The notes beneath the pieces were generated by a model. It was not told the DNA's origin, searched no databases, and saw only the letters and a list, made by a program, of their open reading frames with translations. A stretch of DNA of 63,965 nucleotides, the filler included, from Gonapodya sp. JEL0774 (lineage: Eukaryota), in the NCBI GenBank assembly GCA_027604505.1. It is 3 parts of 3 records of this genome, joined end to end, with 100 filler letters (N's around TTAATTAATTAA, not from the genome) between each part and the next. Parts side by side here need not be neighbours in the genome. Positions count along the whole stretch, not along the records: positions 48,148 to 63,965 come from JADIIX010000293.1; 2 more parts are not named here. One strand, written 5' to 3'. Each line of letters starts with the position of its first letter. Position 1 is the first letter of the stretch. Below are positions 53,630 through 63,965 of the stretch, piece by piece. A program made the position numbers and the translations under genes.

Positions 53630-56600
53630 ATGGACTTAAATGACGCGTCACCACCTGAAAGTGATGCTCGTTCGATCGTCATTCTCGCTGCATCTTCCCC
53701 AGTAATACGAGACCCATCACCGCCGCCTCGTAGTCGACAGCCGAAGGATGCCGATATGGCAGCTTTGAGAGCGAGAGTTGAGAGCAGAAAGCAGCAATTG
53801 GCAAGAGCTGTTGCGGAGGTTACGGGTGTCCCGGTTGGAGGGAGTCTCATGAAAGGCCAGTCGATACAGTCGCCCGAGCAAGCTCCATCTCCCTCGATTC
53901 TAGAAGGGCTTTCACGCATGCAGTCCGACATCTCTTTCTCGAGTGGCTCTCCTAGCTCGACAGTCGCTGTTCGGGCGGTAGACTCGCCCAGCTTCATCTC
54001 CACACCGTCAGTGACTTCCCCGGCTCTCCTTGACTGGGATAGACGAGTCATTGCATCCTTGTCACATGAAGATGAAATCGTACGAGCATCGAAGGAGCGC
54101 ATACGGTCCCGGGAGCTCCAAAAAGAGGGCGAACGAGCAAAGGATGCTGAGAGAGCAAGACTCGATGAGTCGAGGAACGGCCTTTTGTTGAACAAATCAA
54201 AGGTGACTTTCCCGCCATTGATATTTCGATTAACTTACTGATGAGTGACCATTCTCACATTCCAACACAGCCCAACAGCTCCCATCGCGCGAACCTGTCA
54301 CCCCCAACCATGTTCTATGGGGCAGATTTTTCGGAAACTTCCAATTTGCATTCCGCAAAATCTCAGATATCAAGTAGTACACACAGTCACACGGCCGCTT
54401 CGCCAGAGGAACGGGACGCTCGGGAGCGCATCCAGAAACGTGAGAAAATGGGAGGAGTGTTCCTTGAGGCACTCCGTGCCGTCGCTGGAGCTGGAGCACA
54501 TGAAAGTTCGCACTCCCTCGCAAGCGTCAGCCGGCGGGAATCATCACTCGAAACTACTGAGACGCTTCCCGTCGATGGATCTGTGGCCGCCGGATTACCC
54601 CCCTTGCCGTCCGCTCCCCGAATAAAGACAGCACCACGTACTCATTACAACCAATGGCGGCAACCACCACACCACTCGGTCCCGTTAAGCACATTACGAA
54701 GCATTTTCCCACCTTATGCACCTTTTGCACATGGTCTGCACGTTTTTCGAATCGTGAATCTTGCCCCGGAACCTGTTCCTCCGGAAGAATGGAATGCGTG
54801 GTGTGAAGGTGACGCGTACATTGTCGTGAATGCGCTCGGGGAACGCGATGGATCGGAGAATAACCAGGGTGTCTTCACCGTGATTGGTGAGAAGGCGGAA
54901 GTGGACAAACGGTTTGCCGCCGCGTGGTGTTCTGAAGCTGCAAGAGGAGTCTGGGGTATTGAAGGACGAGTGTCCAGAGAGGTGAGGCACGATAACCACA
55001 GCTCTAATTTGAGGATGGCCTGTTTTCATTGCAAACCTGCCCAGGATCCTCATGCTCCATCACCAGCATTCAAACAACTTTTTCCGGGACCCTCTACAAT
55101 ACATTCCGCAGAAAAGTCTGCGCCTACTGCACTGTACCCCGTGCGTGAAAAACCTATAGAGTATCTGAGAGCACGGATGGAACACGAAGTCACACCTGCG
55201 AGGTTATATCGAGTGGAGCCGAGAGGACGCACTTGGCGCTTTTGCAGAGTATGTGTCATTTATGTGTTCTTTCTGGACATGAGATTTTTTCCGGGTTTAA
55301 TGCGAGCCACGGTGATGGTTGAAGGTCGGACCACACCCTTCTTCACTGGTCCCTGGATCTGTTCATCTACTTGATTTGGGTTCTCGATTCATTCAGCTAG
55401 ACTCAATCAATTGCTTACGGTCGCAGGTCCTCTGGTGCCGACTCATGGCACGCCGATGGATCAGTCTGGATAGGTTGGGCATTGCATCTTTTGGTGAAGT
55501 TTGGGAGGGCAATGTATCCGGAGGTTTCCTTGCCGCTCTTGCTGCTGTAGATCATTTAAGCGCGCACAGTCTGGAAGATAGCCTCAAATCGCCACACGGA
55601 GTCGCGAGCGAACAGTTTACATTCCTGGACCGTTCATTGACTCGAGCCCGCACAGTCTTCCTCTCTAGACCCCCGCCGAACGATCCCACCTCACCCGCCT
55701 TGACACTTGCCCGTCATGCGAGTCGACGGCGCCTTTCGTTTCAGAGAGTCGCGGAGGATTGCAAGATCGCATCTCGAAGAGGTTCAGAGTCGTCGATTAC
55801 TGCAGAAGTGACTGGGCCCTTACAAATCCCGAATACTCTGAATGACTCTCACCGAAGTATCATGGAGCATAGTTCCTGGGTGGACGGTGATGATGTCCCT
55901 CAAGGCAAAGTAGAGCCAGTGGAGCCAGGGGAAGTGGACAGAAAGGTCGAACGCTGTCATGTATGCCCGTCAGGATTAGAACCCGATACGGAACTCTGGG
56001 AGAGTGTGCTTCTTGCACTTTTTGATGCGGTGCAAGATGGCCACGACGCCTCCTGGAACGGCGATCGAACTGTTCGCTTATACGAGTACGTGGTTCCGAA
56101 TCGCGCTCTACCGATGTCTCTATCATGAATTTCCTCTCGTTCTTTTGTGCCATGTTATAGAATCAGCTCGTCGCTCAAAGCACTTCCTGCGGATATCACT
56201 TCGCTCCTTATCCCTTTGCCACCCCCAAGTGTTCTTATTCCCCATCGAGGCATGCTCAGCTCAACTTCCTGCTATATTGTGGACAATGGCACTGATATCT
56301 GGTTCTGGCTGGGTGAAAGAGCGGAAGAGAAGTTAGTAGACACATCCACAGAACTCTTGATGGTGAGCCGAAAGTTGTTGTTCCACTGCGATGAACATTC
56401 TTCCACAAGAAGACAATACCCCCAATATTGGCAGGTTATCATCCAAGCTCGCTCTCGCCCATCCTGGATCAATTTCCACCGTCTGAGAGAGGGTTTGGAG
56501 ATCGAACCCTTTCGAGCGCTCTTTGTTGACTGGTGGGAACGGTCGGAAGTCGTCGAGAGTATATCACGTGAAGAATCTGCCGTGCAAGAGGACTCCTTAC

Positions 56601-58761
56601 CTGACGCACACGGAGTAGAACATATTCTTGTTGATTTCAAGGGAGGAGCGGATTCAGTTCTCCCGCGGGATGTGGCACATGGAGCATTCGACCTCTGCGA
56701 CATGGGGAAAGCCTCTTCCCACGATGTGAACCTCACACAAAGATTCCGCAGCAGTGTCTCGCGACGATCTAAGTCCTTGCGGAAGGGAAGCTCTCTCCCC
56801 GGTGGTTCCACAGTACTGCATTTCGCTGGTCGCACCGTAAGACGCCGAAGATGTGTGTGAAACCCCCGCGTTCCCACATTTACTGTTTCTCATTGCAATG
56901 TGCACTCTCGTTAGTTGTTAATTCTGTCCGCCCGCTACGACCTTTTAAAGTTGATGTCAGTGCACTGTACAACCCGGCACCTCCTCTCCCGGATTCGCAG
57001 ATGATAGACGATGTAATGAAAGTTGCGATCGAACGAAAATCAGACTTTTCCAGCTTTGTTTTTGAAGCTGCGAATATTGATGGTGGTAAAGCCCTGAGGG
57101 GAGGAAAGTTCGTCTCTATTCCGAATACTCAGGTGAGACTGGGATCGGCGGTGTGGTGAAGAACCTTCGAAAACGAGAACATCAAAAATCTATCAATCCC
57201 CAGATTGGCTTATTGTGGGATCACGACGCCTATGTCTTTCTGTCCGTATCCCTTGTCAATGCCGGCGCATTGGACTCCAATGAAGAATTGAGCGCCTCCA
57301 CCATATCTGCTGCCACTGCTTCGTTTTTGGATTCAGCCATCCACCCTATTGAACGACGTCGATTCGAGTGCGTCGTTTACTTCTGGGAGGGTCGGCATTC
57401 TCCACGACTGGCCAAGTCTGTTTTTGCCTTCAAGACGAAGCATGAAATGGAGACTCTTATCAGCCGGATGTATGGGTGTGGGGTTCGAGTTTGCCACGTC
57501 GAACAAGGCAGAGAACCGATGGAACTTTTGGCTTGCTTGGGTAATCAAGTCGTCGTGCGAAAGGGAAGCAGGTCCAATATGAAGCGTGCGGCTGGTAACT
57601 CACTGCTATTCAAAGATTTTCCCAAACAAGGGTTGTTTGAGATCTGGGTCGACAGCAGGTTTCGGACCACGAGACTTGTTGAGGTTCCCTGCGCATCGTC
57701 ATCCCTTTGCACGAGAAATTGCTTTCTTGCTGTAGCAAACCGCTTCTCCCCCGGATCAGAATCGACAGATCATTTGTGGATCGGAAAGGGCTCCAGCAAA
57801 GACGAATCACTCCGGGCTGTAAAAATCGCCACACTGTTCTGCAGGACTTCTCTATCTAACACCGCCGCTTCGGAAAACTCTGAAGAAACGACAACTTTGA
57901 CAATGGAACATTCAATCTCTACGGAGTCGTCTGATTCAGGTTTTAGAGGTTTAGTATCAAGTCCAAAGACGGGAGGCTCGTTGAACTCTCTCGTGGAGGT
58001 CGCCGGATATTCTAACGGCGCACGAAGTCAGTTTGCTCTCATTCTCGAAGGTAATGAACCCCAATCTTTCTGGGATGTTGTTGGTGTTGCCAGCGTCAGC
58101 CAACAAGGGACCCGATGGTACTTTGCAAAACCTCCTCGTTGTATTTCCTGCTCTTGCAGTACTGGTGATTTTACTGTAGTTGAGGTTGAGAATCCTCTGC
58201 AATCGGATCTTGAAATGAATCGTGGTGGCTGTGTCATCTTGGATACCGGATTCCCTGGAAAAGTGTACGTCTGGATCGGACGGGAAAGTTCTGACGTCGT
58301 GCGGAAACTAACGCGGAAGAGCTTAGAAGTTTGGCTGCAAAGACTAAACGGTGAGCTGTGTAGCCCGTATGAACATTAAGGGACACTAAGTTGTGCATGA
58401 TGCTGACCAGCTGGATTGTTCAGATGGCCGCTGGCTTTCCGTAGACGATCATGGCGCAGTAATGGGGCTATCGGGTGCTGTCAACGAAGGTAGCCGTAAA
58501 ACTGCATATGAGGATGACGACTTTCAGATGGATTCCGACATCAATGCGCTTGAGATGGTTTCAAACCCAGGGACGGCATTTACACTCGCGATTCGCAACC
58601 AATCGGCTCAACGATCGAAATTCAATACAAGCGCTCTAACAAAAACAAACAAGTCTATGGTTGAGGATAGTGTGGTGTATGTGCGAGATGGACTCGAGCC
58701 TCCCGCCTTCCGAGCGTTCTTTCCAGGATGGGATCACGAGAAAAGTATCTTTGACGATTAA
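53630..58761 (+). CDS. Divergent gelsolin/villin/supervillin/flightless-family actin-binding protein
   Basis: GLHVFRIVNLAPEPVP..EGDAYIV, SSTSCYIVDNGTDIWFWLG..EGLEIEPFRALFVDW, VVYFWEGR..VEQGREP, EVPCASSSLCTRNCF, ILDTG..VYVWIG, DGLEPPAFRAFFPGW. Confidence 0.85.
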
Positions 58762-59579
58762 AAAAAGTATTGAATGATCAAAACGACAACAAATTGCACT
58801 ATGGGGGATATTATTGCTGTAGTGCGTGCGTATATCATTATTGATTCTTGTAGAGAATAAACTCTTGCTCCATCTGACTCGCAATATCGATGTCGAGTAA
58901 CATAAAAGTGGGAATGCAGAGGCAGCTTCAACACATCCATCGAATTATTATTCCAGTTGTTTGCTTCACTGCAAGCTTAATGACATATAAAGATATTCTC
59001 CACTACCGACGCGCGCGCGATCAATTTCTTCTTTTCAATTCCTTCGTTCCACCTTATGTAATTCCAATTTCCATCATGGACAAATGCACCGTTGCACACG
59101 GAGTTCGACGGAACATGTTGTGCGACAAGCACCAGTTTCTCGCATGGATAGATGCATGTTTATTACACTGGAACGGCACTGATCCACACCCCAGACGCAA
59201 ACAACAAGTATGGTGGTTGAATGGATGGAGCAAGGTGGCTACATTACCACAAACTTCCGTATTAGAATCGAGTTATAAATCACATAGCTTGTGGAGCGAA
59301 GAAACAAATCGAAAATTTATGTTAGTTGTGTGTCGGAGCATTCTGGTGTCGGAAGTGTCAGATATAACCCAAAAGTGGGTGTGGCGTGAGTGGGGACACA
59401 ATACAAAGCACCAAAGCGACCCCCAACACTCAATCCCTGCTGCACGAAAACACCAGCACAAACCCCAGAATTTCCCATCGCTGGAAAACACAGGATAACG
59501 CATAAGACGGTGTAAAGCCGGTTGGAGTCGTAGGATCGAGCGACAACCCCGATTGAATCGAGTGACGGAAACCGCGCCC

Positions 59580-62500
59580 ATGCCCGAACATCGTGGAGGT
59601 TCGGTGGTGGGGCAGCGACATTTCAGTGCTGCCGAAAGCGCAGCGGGGGTTCCAGATGCACTAGTTTACCCTTCAGGATTGGCATCGTTCATGTCACCTC
59701 AGTCGACAGGCTCATCCCAGCACTCTAGAGCAGCAACGATTGGCTCTTCGGACGTCGAGGGAGCGAGACGACCCGCAGGCCTGTTCGTCGATACAGCAAG
59801 CTCAGCTATGGGTGGCTTGGGAATCGCCCACCTTCTCGATTCTGCGCTCCCTGTATCACCTTCCCCTGCTTCGCCCCGACTTCAGTCACATACTCCTCTC
59901 ACGAAACCGCAGCAAACGCCGGCATCTCCTCTGGCACCAGAATCTCCGACTCTTGCGGGACCTGCTTCTTTATCTTCCTACACATTCTCGGACTCTGGGG
60001 ATGGCCTCGGAGGTCTTAGCCTGGGGGACTCTGTCGGATCCTCGAACGTTAAATCTTCGACAGAGCGACGGCAGTCAAAGGACAAAAGGAGTTCCGCACC
60101 TCATAGAGATGGAAGCACGAACCGACAAGTGTCACCCGGATACGTCACTGGCTCCAAACGACGGGTCCCGAGACGGAGCGCCTCCAAGTATGGCGAAGAC
60201 GGGCTACCAAAGCGTACTGCGTCCAAACTCCCAACAGACGAAAGGCTGCCTCCGCCATCGTCTGGTAGCATTGTTTCTGCCCCTTCAGTGTACCACACGG
60301 GAAGTCAGTCAAGGTGGGCATTCTCTGTGGACAGTTCATTTGCAACTCCGATCTCACCAATTCCTCCAACTGTGTATCCTTAAATAGCCTCTCAGTTCAA
60401 CACCGTCAAGCAGTTGCAAATCCTTTTATTTCCTCTGAAGCGTCTGTAGAGATAACCGCTGCTCCCATCCTTCAGCCGCCACCACCTGCCCGTGGCCGAG
60501 GAGGAGTCGTACCGCCTTCCATGATACTGCCCATTCCAGCTTCATCTTCTGCTTTCTATCAACAGTCACCATCCCCAACCGACGCATCGCTCCTTCCTGA
60601 TGGCCGACCAAAACTCCCATCCACCACCGACCTCCTCTCAGTCCGCCAAGTCAACTCAAACATCGGTGGTCCAAGCACCAGCATATCAAGTGGTGAATCT
60701 GATCCAGAACAATTTTCATCTCCTAGTCGCCGTTCTACAGGCAGGGCCGGGGAGCGCGGTCGCCGAGCTGTGCCACGCCCACGGGCTCGGTCCTCGGATC
60801 GGGACCTCCAAAGACACTCCTGGGCTCCAGGTCAGGCAATCGATCTTCCCAGTGTCGCTGGTGGAGTTTCATCACGTCCTTCACGAGGGCCGAGCCCCGC
60901 ACCATTCAGGCAGCACGTCAGGCAGGAGTCTGCAGGTTTTCCCAACCTTTCAGGACGTGCAGGAGATCGCATGTCGCGACGATACTCTGACATGTCTCTC
61001 AAGGCTACCATGGACGCCTACAGCGCTATGAAGTCTGCCGGGGAAGATTCCGAAAATGATGGACATCTAACAGATGGTGGCAGTATGTTCGCCGGTCTTG
61101 GTCCTGGCAATGGTCGTAAACGAGATCCCACGGACCATCGCCGAGCTCGTAGCCGCGAGCGTGGTGAACGTCCACGGTCTTTTGTGTCCGCCGCGCGATC
61201 AGTATCGTCGATGGTTCTTGTACCCCGAGGAGCAGGTGACTTTGATCCCTCCGATTTTGCCAGAACACTCAGCCAACACAGCATGGGGAAGAAGAAGAGA
61301 AAAGCTGCCGCAACTGCGTCGATAAGTGGCCGCGTTAGCAGCGAGACTTTCTTTGAAATCCCCACGGGAATCTCCGGCGCCGGATCCACAAGGTTCAGAG
61401 GCAAGCGTAGGTCGACCGCTGACCTGCGCACTGCCGTCGACGCGACCACTGTCGCTGCATTTCGTTTGGCTTCCACGAGTGATGGTCCAGAGGGTTTCGC
61501 ATTAGGCACAAATACCCAGCGGTTCCTCCAGCGTGTTCATCCCCGTCTCTCAGTGTGCTATTTGATGACACACTTGATACTTGTTGTTATTTTGCTGGCA
61601 GCCGCGGTGGCGTGGATAGTTTTCAATGTTCAGAGGTTGGCGAATGCGAAGCCGGTGATGGAAATCGGCAAGGCTGTTGTCGGACAAATGCAGATTCCCC
61701 GTGAGTTTCATCGCCAAAATCTGAGCCACATGTTCGAATCATAAAGCGCTCTCCACTTTTTTGTTGCAGCCATTGTTGTGTGCTCTCCTCACATCACCGC
61801 TATAATTTGTCAAACCTCGTTTTGGTCTTCGGCGGCAGATGACGTGGGCAAGTGCCCTGACGGATCGGTCAGCCGGTCTGGGTTGAATGTTACGGCAAAG
61901 CTGTTGACAGTTGGAGACTTCCCCCAGTTGGCTGTTTGGAACTCTGCATGGTGAGTGCAAGTGAATCCTGCTGGAATGCACTTCAATCGCTATAGTGAAA
62001 CATGAAAATTGTTGTTTCTGCCAACAGGAGCTGCTTCCTCTTCAATCCTTCCAAAACCTTTAATTTCGATCCCGCAACTGGGGTGGAGCGGGTTGTGCTG
62101 GTGGCCACTTCCGATCAGCTCACGAACGTTTCGCAAGAAAATACAGCGAGCATTTCTTTCACATCGCCACAATGGATTTTGATTGGCAAGGTAGATATTA
62201 CTTCATCTTCTGGCCCACTGATGATCTTGCTCGTAAAGTCGAATCTCAGCAATCGAACATGGTATTCGCAGCCATATACCCTTGATGCGACTCCTACTGT
62301 ACTTTCTTTTGATTTCGACTGGCTTATGTCGCCTGCCGTGGTGAACACGCCTTTCACACGTATTGAGGTTGAAACTGGAGGTGCCCCTCAAGTCGACTTA
62401 ACGTGGAAAACCAAGAGCCAGCAGCTCTACGATGGTTTCGCGAACAGTCCCAATATTTGGTCAGTTCTGGGAGCAGCGAAATGTGTGGTGGAATTATTGT

Positions 62501-63614
62501 TGAACTCTGTTTCTGATTGAATGAATGTCTTTGACCTCTAAGGGCTTTGATTCGCTTGTATCCCGATCTATCAAAATCCAATATTGTCGCGACCACCAAA
62601 GGCCTCAAAGTGGAGTCCTATTCAGTCGAGACACAAAACGGGACCTATTCCTTTACATTCCCAAACTTCATCGGAACTTTCGGGGGTGTCGCAACGGGAA
62701 GTTTCGCGTGAGTTTGCTTTGATTGTTTGTTTGATGCAAGTTATTGGCTTTTGCTGAACGGATGGATTATCTCAGCCTTTACATCGTACTGTTTGGCTCA
62801 GCGAAGATTAATCCTTGGGGTGTGGTAGGTGTTGACATTTTCAATGTCTTCGTAGAGTCATTTCAGCTCGAATGTCACTGTTCTATCTGGCTCATTTAAA
62901 CAGATGCAACGCTGGTTCTTCAAATCGACACCTTTCCTATCAGTTTCCGAGGAAGACGACAAGGAATCCTTGCAAGCTGTTGCAACAACATTGGATCCCA
63001 AACAACCATCAGCAGGCGGTCAGGTTTCTTTGACACCGGTTCCGAAGAGAAGCCAGGACCTTCCTCTTCGCACACTTGGCAAAGTTAGCCGCCTCGGATC
63101 ACCTGAACACGATCCCCACGTAACCAATCTTAAAGATCGGCTTAGCTCCGATCATTCATCATCTTCATCGTCAGATGAGGATACTTTCGCTGGCGCAGTG
63201 CATTCTAACGATCGGCGGCGATCAATGCTAAATGAGCGCGCAACACCAAATGGCGACCGTTTCATTCCTATGACTGGGTCTGGGAGTTTGGGAGAGCACC
63301 GATTTTCGTTTGTCGGCGGCACCATTTCATCAGACGCGCCATTATTAGGAACTAGTGCGGCAGGATTGGGAAGCTCCACACTTCTGGGGAACTCGACTGA
63401 TGGGGAACCTTCAATCAAGAGGGGTATTCGCGGGGAAGTGGAAATACTGCGGCATCAACTTCAGCAGCTTCGAAATGATGCCACTCGTGGGTTTGCCAGG
63501 ATGCATGTGATGGAGCGTCTTCTTTCTGCGTATTATTTGGAAGACCTTGATAAGATGGATTTCGAGGGACTGGTTAATTTGTCACTCGGAATAGAGGGAG
63601 TTGATGGTGTCTGA
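59580..63614 (+). CDS. Two-TM membrane protein: long disordered N-terminus, beta-rich ectodomain, C-terminal coiled coil
   Basis: In-phase intron 60314-60387; TM1 CYLMTHLILVVILLAAAVAWIVF; reconstructed TM2 region YSFTFPNFIGTFGGVATGSFA|LYIVLFGSAKINPWGV|MQRWFF; tail MERLLSAYYLE. Confidence 0.72.
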
Positions 63615-63660
63615 GTGCCCTACATCGATGTGAGATTGATGTACAAGTGGAGGGGCCTGT

Positions 63661-63683
63661 GAGGGAGGGGGGGGGGGGGGGGG
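63661..63683. repeat. Poly-G tract
   Basis: GAGGGA followed by a run of about 17 G, downstream of the last gene. Confidence 0.9.
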
Positions 63684-63965
63684 AAGGCGGTAGCCGGCAG
63701 GCAGGATCTGCATCAGATCACGTACCCTAACCCATATTTACAGATTATTCCATGGCATCTATTTAAATATAACGCAACTAACCACAGGAGGGTAGTCTTT
63801 GGCAGTGGATCGTTCATGATGGCGATGCGAAAAACTTGTGAGACGATGTGTTGTATTGAACATTCAAGAGCACACTGGGAAAAACTGGGCCGTTACCATT
63901 CCAGGTAATTCATCGGTAATCTGCAGATTACCGTCCTGATACCCGCCCTCGTACCATCCATCGGT

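Overview
Gene-dense, intron-rich eukaryotic DNA. The gene set (GT15/KRE2, LEU2, YIH1/IMPACT, fungal-type ArsB, RalGPS-like GEF) and short GT..AG introns suggest an early-diverging, chytrid-like fungus; this assignment is inference. Two artificial 100-nt joins (N-run + TTAATTAATTAA + N-run) split the window into three pieces whose adjacency is unproven. About 27 spliced loci were reconstructed by hand, so their boundaries are approximate. Highlights: a triplicated beta-carbonic anhydrase array with presequence-like N-termini; a two-TM protein with a DEG/ENaC-like second helix; a RalGPS-type RasGEF-PH protein; a bacterial-type SDR with introns and a PTS1-like tail; an F-box-LRR-MYND protein; a kinase pseudogene with definable lesions; and frequent AAG splice acceptors. 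No tRNA, rRNA, CRISPR array or intact transposon was seen. No database searches could be run, so family calls rest on recognised motifs.
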